Part shown: in pieces, positions 44,661 to 64,000 of the stretch
How positions within the stretch are numbered: the stretch's first letter is position 1
Layout of the letters: every line of letters begins with the position of its first letter
DNA from: the human T2T-CHM13v2.0 reference genome, Homo sapiens
Length of the DNA stretch: 64,000 bases
Direction: 5' to 3' (one strand)
Assembly: GCF_009914755.1 (NCBI RefSeq)
Contig: NC_060936.1
The notes under the pieces: model-generated
Told to the model about the DNA's origin: nothing
Databases searched by the model: none
The model's input: the letters and a program-made list of their open reading frames with translations, nothing else
Position numbers and translations under genes: made by a program

Positions 44661-44662
<2 letters not shown>

Positions 44663-45003
44663 AAGAAGAAGAATTAAAAAGAAAAGACAGAAAGAAAAAA
44701 GAAACACACACAGACACATTTGCAGCAGCATGGCTGCAGGAAGAATGAATGGTGATAACTGGCGAGGAGGGCAGGTTTCTAAGAATCCTAAAATGTTAAC
44801 ACTTGAAAGACCTTAGTTTATCAATCTCCTGGTCCAACCTCCTCATTTATGGATGTGGTGTCTGAGCCCAGAATTGAAAGGACTTGCATAAGGTCTCATG
44901 CTAAGCTTGTGATAGGACTGGGATGTGAATCCGATTCTTTTTAATATATGTCTCAGATTAGGTTCTGAAGGTCTAAATATGACCTTCTGTGACATTTGGC
45001 TAG

Positions 45004-45368
45004 TGTATTAGTCCATTTTCATACTGCTATGAAGAAATATCTGAGACTGGGTAGTTTATAAAGAAAAACAGGTTAAATGGACTCACAGTTCCAAATGGCT
45101 GGGGAGGCCTCACAATCATGGTGGAAGATGAAGAAGGAGCAAAGGCATGTCTTACATGGCAGCAGGCAAGAGAGCATGTGCAGGGGAACTGCCCTTTATA
45201 AAACCATCAGATCTCGTGAGACTTATTCACTGTCGTGAGAACAGCACGGGAAAAACCCACCCCCATTATTCAGTTACCTCCCATGGGGTTCCTCCCATGA
45301 CACATGGGGATTATGGGAGCTACAATTCAAGATGAGATTTGGGTGGGGACACAGCCAAACTATATCAG
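45004..45368 (-). mobile_element. THE1/MST solo LTR
   Basis: tgtattagtccattttcatactgctat...gatgagatttgggtggggacacagccaaactatatca. Confidence 0.9.
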
Positions 45369-48300
45369 CTAGTGACCATTTTCTCCTGGAAACTCTTTAG
45401 GTCCTTGACTTCTATGACCTTTTCCCCTCCAGGCTGTACCCTGCTCCTCCTGAATGTTCCTTCTGTCTTCTTTGCTAGTGTCTTCCCCTATTCTACCCTT
45501 AAAAAGGAATGTTCCTTAGAGTTCACACCCTTTCTCATTCTCCCTGCACAATCTCATCAATTATTATTGTTTTAGTTACTGTAAAAACTACATCTTTGAC
45601 TCGAAAATCTTTGTTTTTAGTTCTGATCATTTCCCTAAGATCTATATATTCAACTGTTATCTAGATATCTCTTTCCAGATGTTCCACAGACATCTTAAGC
45701 TGTCTACCTCCGAGCTATGATCTTGCCCATCTTTCCTCCAAACTAGTTGCCCTTCCTGTATTTTATGTCTTAGATAGTGACATTGTGATCCATTCAAATT
45801 ACCTTGTCCCTATCCCCGTTATCCAGTTGGCCATCAAACCCTCTCAACTCTGTTGTTTAACATTCCTTGAACCCATCACCTCCTCAACATCCTAAAACCT
45901 TTGCTTTAGTTTAGGCCTGTAGTCATAGATTCACAGAAAACAAGTAAGACAGGACATGTGTCATTAACAGGGAACAGTTATGACTAGGACCAATTAGAGA
46001 CAATAGACCTTATTTAAAGGGAGCACAGAGTACTTAGTTTAAACAGACTCTCTCCTGCGAGAACAAAGGCCCAGTATTCCCAGATATTTTAAATTTAAAA
46101 GAAACCTACATTTTTAACGTGAAATCTTTTTAAGTGGGGCAAGTAGTTCAATTTTTTAAATAACTTATATATTGAATAGGAAGTAAACATACACTGTCCC
46201 TACCTCCAACACACATACATAATGCCTGTGGGCTAGATTGTGTCCTTGGGCTGCCAGTTTGCAATTTCTGTGTAGCCTCTCATTTTCTCTTACATGGACT
46301 ATTGCAAGTGTTTCCTAAGTAGTCTTCCTCACTCCACTCTGTGGCCAGAGTAATCATCCTACAGATGTAATGACATGATGATGTTGATCATTATAATCAC
46401 GGTTTGAGAACTCACTATGTGTCAGTTACCATGACATATTTATCCCATTTAATCCTTCAAAGAGCCCCATGAGGTACTATCATGGTCACCCTTTTGCAGA
46501 GTAGGAAATTGGTTAAGCACCTCTGATATTCCAACTCCAGAGCTTACGCTCTTAATGACTGTTTTCTACTCTGTTCCTTTCCTGTGGCCTCCCATTTTCT
46601 AATCCAGCGGTTTTTATCTTCTGTAGAGCCTCCATCCCCTAATAAATACTGCAGACCTCAGAAAAATCCATACCTAATTCTTATAAATTTTATATGCAGT
46701 ATCTGGGGGAAATCATAGACCCACATGAAGCTCTTCCATGGTCTCAAAGGTCCATGGATCCTGAGTTTAAAATCCACTGGTCTATAGTACAAAGTTAATA
46801 CCCCTTAGTATGGCATTTGAGAGCCTCCATAATCCAGGTGCTGCCTGACTTTCCACCTTCCTCTCCCCAGCTCCTTGTAGCTGCTAAAATCATGCTCGCT
46901 TCTTCTTTCTCTGTATCTGCTATTCCCTCTATTTGGAAAGCTCTTTCCTCTACCTTGTCAGCTGACTCAGTTTCTACAGATTCAGCTAATAGAAAGCATT
47001 GTCTATCTGTAACCTAACCTAGTGCCTCTAACACTTCCTTGCACTTGTTGTTTACAAGGCTGCTTCCCCATTAGACTACGAGCTCCTTCTTGAGGGCAAG
47101 GACCATGCTTTGTCCATCTGCAACTCTACATCTAGCACAGTGCCTGAGACATAGCAGGTGATCAGCAAATACTCGAATGAATAAAAGTGGACTGATGAGG
47201 TCATAGGAAGCAAGCTAGATGCCAAGGTCAGAAGGGCTAAATGAGTATAGACATTGGGCATGATAATATGAGAAGTTTTAACCAGTGAGCTTTCTGCACT
47301 TTCCAATTCATTGACTTTCTTCACTCATTCAGTGCCCTGAGAACTACTTCCCTTCCACAGACCAGGCAGCTGATGTTAAATATCAAATTCTTGGCTTTTG
47401 TTTGAAAAAAATCAGTGCAGAAAGATATGAGAAAGCCTGCTGACCAAGCTCCCCCACCACTCTGCAGTGCCCCTTACACAATGTTCCAACACTAGAAAAC
47501 AGTCTTTTTAGTGCCAGATAGGGGTGGAAGAAGAGAAGGAAAGGAAGCAGGTGAGTTAGTCATTGGCTGGACTTCCTAGAAGGAAGGCAGAGCTCACCTT
47601 CATGATCTTAACTCCAAGACAGGGTGGGAGGGTGGCCCTCAGAAAAGTCTGAGGATTTGAGAAGGGAGGACTTGTAGCCTGCTTTCTGTCTGGGATGCTG
47701 GAAGGCAACAGCCTCAGGAGAGTTCCCTGTAGCACTGTGGTGCAAGAGAACTCAGGCTGTGGATGGCTGGATGACGTGCTAATGGCAAGATGCCTTGAGG
47801 TGGCTCTATCACTTTTCCTGCAGCCTTGAGAATGGGCAAATTTCCCTGAGTCCCCAAGAAAAGACACAGTGTTTGTTTGAGACAAGGATGTGGGCCCCGA
47901 AATTGGCATGCATTTGTGACATGGAAGCACCATAGTGAAAAATGGTGTGGACCCTGCAGCCCTGGACCAGATAGGGCCATGGAGCCTTCAGTGGGTACCA
48001 GAGGAGAGACAACCATGCTCAGGGTTAGATAAGACTTGTACACCTCAGCAAACGCTGGCACAGGGAAAAGGACAATTGCAGATATTTCCCACAGGGCCAT
48101 GAATCCATAGAACATGGATGCTACCCCAGAATGAATAAGCAGGAATAAGAAAATCCTGATAGATATTAAACCTGACATGGAAAAAAAAAAAACACTTTAA
48201 ACTGACTGAGTTACTTGAATTGACTAGATTTGTTCTTTTAATCAGGAAGAATAGGAGCCTGATACAAAACTCAAGTTCAGAAACAGTTCTGGCTAGAGCT

Positions 48301-49161
48301 GAGGAACGGGGGTGAGGAGTAAAGGATGGAGCCAGCAGGGATAAGGAAGATTAGATGATTATCTTCAATATAAACTGAAGAGGAATGTTTCCTTGAATTT
48401 CCAAGAGAGCTGATTCCTATAGTAGGTGAGCATCAAGATACAAAAATTAGTAGATTCCTATAGTACCTGATTTCTATAGTAGGTGAGCACCAAGGTACAA
48501 AAATTGGTAGATACAACCAGAGTTTAGTGTATAATAAAGGCAAATAGAATAGTAGCCTGACTCTCATTAATCAGGTAGGGTTCTTCTCAGCAACCACTAG
48601 TGAGAAGACAAAAAAAAAAGATTTGATGTTAAAATCATTATTTAAACTAAAAAATTAATTTTAATTACTGAATTGTGTGCATGTTAATGAAAAAAACAAT
48701 ACAAAAGTATTTTATGAAAAAGTCAATTATTTCCTACTTTATTCTATTCTATTCTCATATCATCTTGGTGACTGATGTTGACAGCTTAGTGTGTACCCAG
48801 TTACACTTCTACCATGGTCTTAAAACAGTTATGCAGACTTTTGTTTTGCTGTTGTTTTTCAAAAAGCTAATAATACTTTACACATTACTCTGCAATGTGC
48901 CATTTTACTTAATTAGACAGCACTGACATCCTTAAGCTTCTAACTTAATTCTTTTTAATCACTACATAATGTTTTTTAATTTGATTTACCATAATAAATT
49001 CAATAATTTTTCTATTGATGAGCAATCTGATTGTTTCTAGTTGCTTTTGGCCTATGAGAAATAGTACAATAAATATTCTTGCACAGTGGTGCTCTCATTT
49101 CTATAGGAGAGATTCTCCAACATGGAAGTGCTATATTAAAGAATGTGTTGATAGATTTTAA

Positions 49162-49485
<324 letters not shown>

Positions 49486-49599
49486 GACATTATATAATTA
49501 ATTTCAAAAGTTTCTAGCAATTCACATTGCCACAAAGGGCCTTTGGTCTGCTGGACAGAGTAAGCCCCATTGAGAAGATGATAATCTTTTTTCTTAAGC

Positions 49600-50950
<1,351 letters not shown>

Positions 50951-50956
50951 AACAAC

Positions 50957-51380
50957 TGTAGTAGGCTAATTAATGTCCTCCCAGCCCCACAAAGATGTCC
51001 ACATCTTAATCCCCAGAACCTGTGACTATATTGTCTTACATGGCAAGAAGAACTTTGGAGATGTGGTTAATGTTAAGGATCTGGAGATGGGGAGATTATC
51101 CTGGATTGTCCATGTGGGCCCGATGTAATCACAAGGGTCCTTATAAGAGGGAGGCAAAAGATTCAGAGTCAAAGTCAGAGAAGGCAGTGTGACCGTGGAC
51201 ACAGAGGTCTGAGGGATGTGGCAAGGAATGATTGTACCCTGGAGCACCCAGAAGGAAAGCAGCCCTGCTTCCCCATTTTAAACTTCTGACCTTAAGAACT
51301 GGGTGATAATAAATTTGTGTTGTTTTCAACCACTGGGTTTGGGGTAATTTGTTATAGCAGCAATAGAAAACAAATGTACT
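50957..51380 (+). mobile_element. MLT1C/D solo LTR
   Basis: tgtagtaggc...gatgtccacatcttaatccccagaacctgtga...ttgttatagcagcaatagaaaac. Confidence 0.85.
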
Positions 51381-51857
51381 AACCATTGCATTTAGCCATG
51401 TGGAAGTCACTGGTGACCCTGCACCAGAGGAATTTCAGGGATGTGTTGGGTTGGAAACCTCATTGAAGTGGGCTAACAAAGACCAGGAGAACAAGTCTAT
51501 CCTAAACACATGCAGGACCTTTTCTAGAATTAGAAGAGGGGCCTGCTTCAGGCTGGCCAATTGAAAAAGGTGGTGCTTCTGGATAAACCAATTTCCAAAT
51601 GTTTCTTCTCCAACCATGACAAAGTCCTATGTCAAGCTTTCTGCCTGGCAAGCAGAGAATGGAGTAGATATTAGTCTCCATCTGTGCCCTTCTTCTCTAC
51701 CAAATGCCTCTGTGCAGAGTACAACCGGAACTCAAGCTGAGTCGGTGCTGAAGGAGAGGAGGAGCAGATAATAAGTACAGATAGCCCTTTCAAGTGGTTT
51801 TGCTGCAGGAGCAAGGAAATGAGAAGGTAGCTGGTGGGGAGGGGAGGACAAACAAAA

Positions 51858-52458
<601 letters not shown>

Positions 52459-53165
52459 AAAGGATCTTTTGAGATGGCAAAGGCAACTGTATTTTTGTGT
52501 GCTGATGGAAATAATTCAAAAAAGAGAAAAGTAAATGATATAAGAAAGAAGGGAGAATTGCTGAAGTGATATCCCTGAGTAGATGAGAGGGGATTGGGTC
52601 TAGACCATATCTAATTGAGGACTACAACAGAGGAGGTTATGTTTGATAAAATCAATAAGAAGGAACAAGGTGCAGTGTAAGATAGTAATATATTAATAAT
52701 ACATGTACACTATGAGGTTGATTGACACAAAAAGAAAGAATGTAGAAGTTGTGCAGCCAATCAGGAGGAAGTCATAATAAGTTAGGGGAGAAAGGTATAG
52801 AGTCGGGTGTTGGTATGACTCTTACACTGGAGTAAGCAGGGTTCTTAACCTGGCCTCAGGGGACTCCATTCTTTGAAGTGCTTTCCTCAAATCTTCTAAG
52901 ACTTCCTCTGGTACTTGGGACCAGCTGATATTGGCAGTGCCATCTGGGTGGGGTGTTGCAAACTTGGGTTGGAACCCCATGTGGGCCCCCATCCTTGTTC
53001 TTCCATTTGGGGTGCTCTCTAACCCTCTGTCCCATGGATGAGGTCAACCAGATACACTGAGGAGTTCCATGAAGCCTGCCTATACAGTCACTCTGGTATT
53101 CTCTGGCCAGGCCCAGGTTTTGGGAGGGTGACCTGGCAAGCCAGTAACTCCCGTTGGGTAATACA

Positions 53166-53175
53166 GTATGTATGC

Positions 53176-53208
<33 letters not shown>

Positions 53209-53229
53209 TGTATGTATGTATGTATGTAT
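53166..53229. repeat. (TATG)n microsatellite
   Basis: Direct reading of the sequence. Confidence 0.95.
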
Positions 53230-53914
53230 TTTAAGGTTTCTGTGCAGTTGAGCTACTGAAATGGTATCGACAGATAGATTTGGAATGGCTTAAGCTGTTT
53301 ACATGACAGAGCACCTGCAAAATATCCCCAGGGATGGCCCTGAATGTGACATGGGGATCGCCTGGGGTGGAGTGCCGTGGTGTGATCTCAGCTCACCGCA
53401 ACCTCCGCCTCCTGGGTTTAAGCAATTCTCCTGCCTCAGCTTCCTGAGTAGCTGGGATTACAGGCACCTGCCACCATCCATGCCTGCCTGATGTTTGTAT
53501 GTTTTGTATTTTTAGTAGAGATGGGGTTTTACCATGTTGGCAAGTCTGGTCTTGAACTCTTGACCTCAAGTGATCCACCCACCTCTGCCTCCCAAAGTGC
53601 TGGGATTACAGGCGTAAGCCAGCATGCCTGGCCCTCATAGAGATATTTCAGAAAACCAGGAAAAACACAATTCGGGGAGTAGTGCTTAAATCAGAAATGC
53701 TTAAATCTTGTGCTTACTGCTGTACTTCAACAATGATATCATTTAGCAAAGAGATCATAGGTGGAGTTTTTGAAGAGTTGGACAAAAGTAGTTTCTCTCA
53801 AAATAAAAACTTATGGCCAAATATTATGGGAAAGATGTCAGCCAACAATAATCTCTCCAAAACAGAGCCACCCAGGAAAGAGGTAAAGAACATTTATTTA
53901 TCCTGTATGTAGCA

Positions 53915-54284
53915 TATATCAGTCTGTTCTCACGCCGTGAATAAAGACTGATTTAAAGACCTGAGACCAGGTAATTTAAAAGGAAAGAGGTTTAATGGAC
54001 TCACAGTTCCACATTGCTAGGGAGGCCTCACAATCATGGCAGAAGACAAAGGAAGAGCAAAGGATGTCTTACATGGTGGTAGGCAAGAGAGCTTGTGTAG
54101 GAGAACTCCCCTTTTTAAAACCATCAGATCTCACGAGACTTATTCACTATCACGAGAACAGCACAGAAAAGACCCACTCCCATGATTCAGTTGCCTCCCA
54201 CCAGGTTCCTCCCAAGACATGTGGGAATTACAGGTGCTGCAATTCAAGATGAGATTTGGGTGGGGACACCGCCAAGCCATATCA
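53915..54284 (-). mobile_element. THE1-type solo LTR
   Basis: cagtctgttctcacgc...gatgagatttgggtggggacac...ccatatca. Confidence 0.88.
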
Positions 54285-55909
54285 ATGTGCTATTTATCTT
54301 AGACCCCTGTGTACAGAGTTCTTACAGGCTCATCCAGCAGCAGTGTAAAAAACAAGTAACCTTGCAATTCAAGTTATTTGTCACTTAGAGATGACAAGAG
54401 GTTGTGGTAACTTTGCAACTGTTGTGGTTTTACCCTAAGGTCCCAGAGAAGTGTGTATCTGTTTTACAAATCTCAAACAAAAGAGAGGCAACAAATCAAG
54501 GAGATTGATACTATGCTGCAGTGTATGCCTCCTCACAGCCCCAGGTTGGTTCCTGGGTGCATGCAGAGATATTTAGAACACAGAGCTGTGCCTGAACATG
54601 TAGCAGCAAAGAGCACGGTCACTGGAGCCTGACTTCTTAGGTTCAAGTCATGGTTCAGCCACTCCCAACTTTAAGCAAGTTATCTAACCTCTCAGCAGAA
54701 GTTTCCTCATAAGTAAGATAGATGCTTTAATGTTAACTATTTCATGAGGCTTTTGTGAAGAGTAAATGAGTTAATTGAAGGAGAGGACTTTGTGATGTGT
54801 GGAAAGCACAATGTAAACACTCAGTATTAGCCATTATAATTGTTGTTGTTTATAATTAAGGGAGGAAGTTAAATATATAAAATTGTTCTGTTTTCTGAGT
54901 GTGAAAGCATTGTCTTTGTACTCTCCAAATTCTGGGGTTTTTTTGTTTGTTTGTTTTCAGAAAAAAAACAAAAACAAAAACAGAGTCTTGCTCTGTCACG
55001 TAGGCTGGAGTGCAGTGGCACCATCTCCGCTAACTGCAACGTCAGCCTCCCAGATTCAAACAATTCTCCTGCCTCAGCCTCCCGAGCAGCTGGGATTATA
55101 GGTGCCTGCCACCACGCCCGGCTAATTTTTTGTATTTTTAGTAGAGAATGGGTTTCACCATGTTGGCCAGGCTGGTCTCAGACTCCTAACCTCAGGTGAT
55201 CCACCCGCCTTGGCCTCCCAAAGTGCTGGGATTACAGCATGAGCCACCACTCACAGCCTATGTTTTCTTACATCAAAAATAAAATCTCAGAGATTTTGCA
55301 TTCTTTAATGAATTCTGCATTGTGTAACACGAGTTATTACTGCATTATGGCTTTGTTTTTTAAAGGAGAATTTTCCAACTCTTTTGAAACTCCCCTGCAT
55401 CTGCTGTCCATATCTTCATCACATTATCTTTCCACATTCTCCTTCCTGTCTCCCTTTCAGTCATTCTTTCCCTTTTTGCTCATCATTATTCCAACCTAGT
55501 TCTTCATATCTCACTTTTCTCCAATGCAGGATGATTTTCTCCCTTCTTGGCCAGAAGTGGATGTTGTATATGAAATCTTGTCACAAATGGAGGAAATTTC
55601 CAGCCATTTAAAATAAATCAGGAAAACAGACCTGCTGATCTGAATGTAGTTTATCTTTTGCAACAAGAGTGACTCTGTGGAATGCTCAAATATATTTCTA
55701 TTCCAGAAAGTCAGTCTTCATCTATTGATGATTATAGATTGCATAAGCATAGCACTTTTCACATGTTCCCTGATTTGCATTCCTTCTATTCAATAATTCA
55801 TTCCATAGCCCATACAACACAATATCTCATTGTCAATTTTTAATATCTCTACCTTGGTTTCAATCCATCATTCTATCTGAAATAGCAAAACCTCACTACA
55901 GTCATGCTC

Positions 55910-56902
55910 TGTGTTAGTTCATTTTTTGCTGCTTGTAACAGAATACTTAAAACTGGATAATTTATAAAGAAAAGGAATTTGTTTATAACTTAGAGTTATG
56001 GAGGCTGGAAAGTCTGAGGTAGAGAGAACATATCTGGTGAAAGCCTTCTTGCTGGTGGAGCAACAGGCGGCATCACATGGTGAGGGGACTGAACATGTTA
56101 GTTCAGGTCTCTCTTCTTCTCATAAAGCTACCAGTCCTGGATGTGAGGGTGATCTGTCTGTGACATCTGCCACCCCATTGATAGCCCGAGTTGACTTGGC
56201 TGATCTGGCCAGCTAGGCGGTTGTCCCCTTCCTCCCTCACCACTCCATGTGTGTCCCTCCCAAAGCTGTGCTCGGTGAAAGAGGATTACCATCCCTGATA
56301 GAAGAGGACTGGTCTTCGGTCAAGGGTATACGGGCAACTGCGCTCCCCTGCTAGAACCTCCAAACAAGCTCTCAAGGTCCACCAGTCCCACTCCCATGAT
56401 AACCCATTAATCCATTGACCCATTAATCCATGAGTGGATTAATCTATTCACGAGGGAAGATACCTCATGACCCAATCACCTCTTAAATGATATGAAATGA
56501 ATATACCTCATGACCCTCCTCACCTCTCAGTGCTGCCACATTGGGGATTAAGTTTCAACATGAATTTTTTTTTTCTTGAGATAGAGTGTTGTTCTGTCAC
56601 CCACGCTAGAGTGCAGTGGCGCTATCTTGCCTCACTGCAACTTCCGCCTCCTGGGTTCAAGCAATTCTCGAGCTTCAGCCTCTCCATAGCTGGGATTATA
56701 GGTGTGTGCCACCACGCCTGGCTAACTTTTTGTATTTTTAGTAGAGATGGGGTTTCACCATGTTGGCCAGGCTGATCTGGAACTCCTGATCTCAAGTGAT
56801 CTGCCCATCTCAGCCTCTCAAAGTGCTGGGATTACAAGCGTGAGCCATGCCGCCTGGCCCTCAACATGAATTTTGCAAGAGACAAATATTCAAACCATAG
56901 CA
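55910..56902 (-). mobile_element. MST-type solo LTR hosting the 7SK retrocopy and an Alu (56565-56860, TSD TCAACATGAATTTT)
   Basis: tgtgttagttcatttt...cataaagctaccagtcc / cactcccatgataacccattaatcc...ttcaaaccatagca. Confidence 0.85.
56139..56381 (+). pseudogene. RN7SKP166: 7SK snRNA pseudogene, 3'-truncated and tailless
   Basis: GGATGTGAGGGTGATCTG...CTAGAACCTCCAAACAAGCTCTCAAGGTCCA matches 7SK from nt 1 to about 245 with CpG decay; flanked by ACCAGTCC direct repeats (56130-56137, 56381-56388). The locus number is from memory. Confidence 0.92.
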
Positions 56903-56979
56903 CTCTCTATCCCCTTTCTCTCTTTTATCTTTGCTTCTGGTTCTCATCATCATTTGATATTACTTTTACTTGCTCCCTG

Positions 56980-57041
56980 GCTCCTTCTTAGGATGGATCC
57001 TTGCTCCTTCTTAGGATGGATCCTTGCTCCTTCTTAGGATG
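56980..57041. repeat. Perfect 23-bp tandem repeat, 2.7 copies
   Basis: Unit GCTCCTTCTTAGGATGGATCCTT. Confidence 0.95.
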
Positions 57042-57384
57042 TACAAGGACTTGGTCTGTTTTGTTTACTGTTATTCTCCAGTACCCAGAACAGTAACTAT
57101 CCTAAAATATGTATTGACTGAATAAATGAATTGTAGTCATCTACTTCTTAGTAATACTTTGCAAATGTTTGCTTTTTAAAAAGTTATACTTATCATATAG
57201 GATGAGATAAATAGTTTTCATAAAATGCCTAACAAAGACCAACATGATCAGCTAGAAACTGATCCCCAGCTCCATCTCTCTGTGGTAGCAGAGTTGATGC
57301 ATTTTTGTTTTAGTGCTCACCTCAACCATGGCATGTTTGTTAGGAAAGGAGCTTCCAGAAAATGTATTTAGGAAAGCAATTCTT

Positions 57385-59395
<2,011 letters not shown>

Positions 59396-61179
59396 CACAC
59401 ATGACTGTAGTATCAGCTTTTTGTGGCTAGGGCTTTCTGCCTCCTTATATCCCTTTTAGTGCTGCACAATGCTATCACAGTGTTTTAGCATTCAAAGTTC
59501 CTCTGAATCAATGCAGTTATCAAGTCCCTGTTTTCATTAACTTTCAATATACATATCTTCTCAATTAAATTATAGAGACTTTTTGGCAAGGGCCATTACT
59601 GTTTCCTTATGTCTTTCAACTGTATCCACCAAACGCAACTATTACATGATCACTATTGTGTCAGGAAGGATAGGCTAGGTTCTGATGACTTAAGAAACAA
59701 TTCCACAACCCCAGTGCATTAAGTGCATTCATACAACAAAGATTTATTCTCATTAGTTTGAAATCTACTGTGGTTCACATAACTCTCCAGGGCAGTTGTT
59801 CATTATATGATGACTCACTGTTGAACCTCACAAAGCAAGAAATAATCAGAGGTGGAGAATTGGTCACCCCCAATTAAATGCTTCTACCCTGAAGTGACAT
59901 GTTGCTCTCATTTCATTGGTCAAAGTAAGTCAGATGGTCATGATGAATTTCAAATAGATGGGGAAGTACAATGCTACTGTGTGTCTAGAAAGAGGAGAAT
60001 TCACTATCAGTGGATACTAGTACTACATGCTGTTTGTATGTATGTCTGTTGACTGAATGTAATCTAACATGTCTTTATTATAATTTCTACTCTGTATGTA
60101 ATTGCGTCTCTATGGTACTGTGTTATTGACTCATTTGTTGTCTTAACTCTGTCATACCACTTTGGATCCCACTTTTATAAACAAAACAGACAAAATACTA
60201 GTTTAAACATTTACCAGGATAAATTAATATGTAGCGCTTTCAATATAACTGTGAAACTGTCATTATCACAACTGCACCTTAATTGCATCCTTTGCCTCAT
60301 CACAGTAATTAAACAGATTACTAAATCTTATTCCCTCCCCATTCCCCCAATACAATGTTTAGGTTTTGCTAATGATCACTTCACATTGTGCTAATTGCCT
60401 TGATGCCAGCCAGGCACATTAAAACAAATATATTTCTGACATGACTAGAAAACACATTATGTAACACAGGAAAAAAATCTTCCAAGTGAGAAGCATTATG
60501 TATGAGATACTGAAAGGTATTGCTTCATGATTCAGATTAATTGATTTATTTAATAACAATTTCCTAGGATAACTTTCAAGGGGACATTGCAATGAAAGTT
60601 TAGTTTATGGGAGATGAATAGCCACGTTTTCAGAAAAGAATGGTTAAGCTTCTGTTTAAAACCTCTAGTGGCATCTTGCTGACCTTGCCGTGGCCTCCTG
60701 AAACACTGCAAGTTCTGGCTGCCACCCACTTCCTACCAGCCTCATCTCACACCCATTCCTTATACCTTCAACTTCAACTTCACTGACTGGCCACCAGCAA
60801 TCCTGGAATCCCCAATTTTTTCTCTATGACATTGATGTTTTGGAATATCCAGGTCAGTTGTCTTGTAGAATGTCCCATATTCTAGATCCGGTGTGGGAAA
60901 ACTACAGCCTGTTTTTGTACAGCCGTAGAGCTAAGAATAGTCTTTACATATTTAAAGGGTTATAAAAAAAGAAGAGGGAGAAGAGAAGGAAGGAGGAGGT
61001 GGAGGAGTATTATGTGATGGAGACCATATATAGCATGCAAAGCCTGAAATATTTACTATCTGTCCCTTTGCAAAATGAAGTTTTGTCACCTCTGTTCTAG
61101 ATCTTTCTGTTTCCTTATGGTATCATTCAGTTGGTACCTCACTTCCTTGGATTTGGGGCAAATTGGAAATTCGGTCTAC

Positions 61180-61496
61180 AACTGTGCTGTCTAATATGGT
61201 AGTCACTAGACACATGGATTTCGAGTCCTTGAAATGTGACTAGTTCAAATCGAAGTGTGCAGTAAGGGTAAAATACAGACCAGATTTTAAAGACTTAGGA
61301 TAAAAAAAAAAGAATGTAAAATATTTTGTTAATAATTTTTATATTGATTACCATGTTGAAATACTATTTTGGATATTTTGGATTAAATAAAATGCATCAT
61401 TAAAATGTCACCTATTTCTTTTTTCAATGTGGCCACTAGAAACTTTTAAATTACATATGTGGTCATATGATATATATCTCTATTGAACAGTACTGG
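61180..61496. mobile_element. MER33/MER3-like hAT MITE
   Basis: ctgtgctgtctaatatggtagtcactag...tattgaacagtactg. Confidence 0.75.
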
Positions 61497-61949
61497 TCTA
61501 GAGCCTTGATTAAAATCAGGTTAAATACTTTTGGTAAGAATACTTAATAGCTAATTTTATGTATATCTTATTGCGTCATAGCATGAAATACACATCAATT
61601 GTGTCCCATTATTGACACTGTGTTTGATAACTTGATTAAAGGGTGAGTGACAAGTATCTTCACTGTATAGGTACACTTTTCCCTTTGCAATTCGTAATCT
61701 ATTACTGCCAGGAGACTATCAGTTCCCCAGTGATGTTCATATCCTTTGGTGATACTTGCTTGAATCAGTCGTTACTTTAGGGGGTTGGAAAATGCTGGTT
61801 TCTATTTTTATAATTTCTTCTTAAAAATTCTTATTAACTGGCATTTCTCTCTCTCTTTTTTTAACTATCACAATTAACATGTGAATTTTTATTTACTCAG
61901 CATGTTATAATCAAGTGCAGTCACTATTCCTTTTGATACTATAATTTTC

Positions 61950-64000
<2,051 letters not shown>

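Noticed and set aside
56306-56313. GGACTGGT inside the 7SK copy is the reverse complement of its TSD
   Set aside because: Authentic 7SK has GGACCGGT; the perfect match comes from later CpG decay and an 8-mer is weak evidence
56980-57041. Repeat-spacer (CRISPR-like) reading of short repeats
   Set aside because: Head-to-tail tandem units without spacers in human DNA

Overview
Human genomic DNA, recognisable as the 3' end of IRAK3 (IRAK-M pseudokinase, + strand, 12q14.3) plus about 46 kb of downstream intergenic sequence. IRAK3 contributes its last four coding exons (8024-8222, 8486-8548, 8636-8800, 11234-11710) and a ~6.4 kb 3'UTR containing the MIR6502 hairpin. Downstream are a processed PDCL3 pseudogene with a 21-bp TSD, a tailless 3'-truncated 7SK pseudogene, and many Alu, L1, L2, MIR, MaLR/ERVL and DNA-transposon copies. 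Main unexplained signal: a chain of 12-13 exon-like segments on the + strand (~13.9-37.2 kb). Most have canonical AG/GT ends, nearly all junctions are phase-compatible, and the translation looks protein-like. I read this as a decayed multi-exon (unitary) gene whose 5' part was absorbed into the IRAK3 3'UTR; I cannot name the protein. Also found: several short locally templated insertion scars, and a stop-free in-frame 87-nt IRAK3 intron. Repeat subfamily names and boundaries are by eye and approximate.
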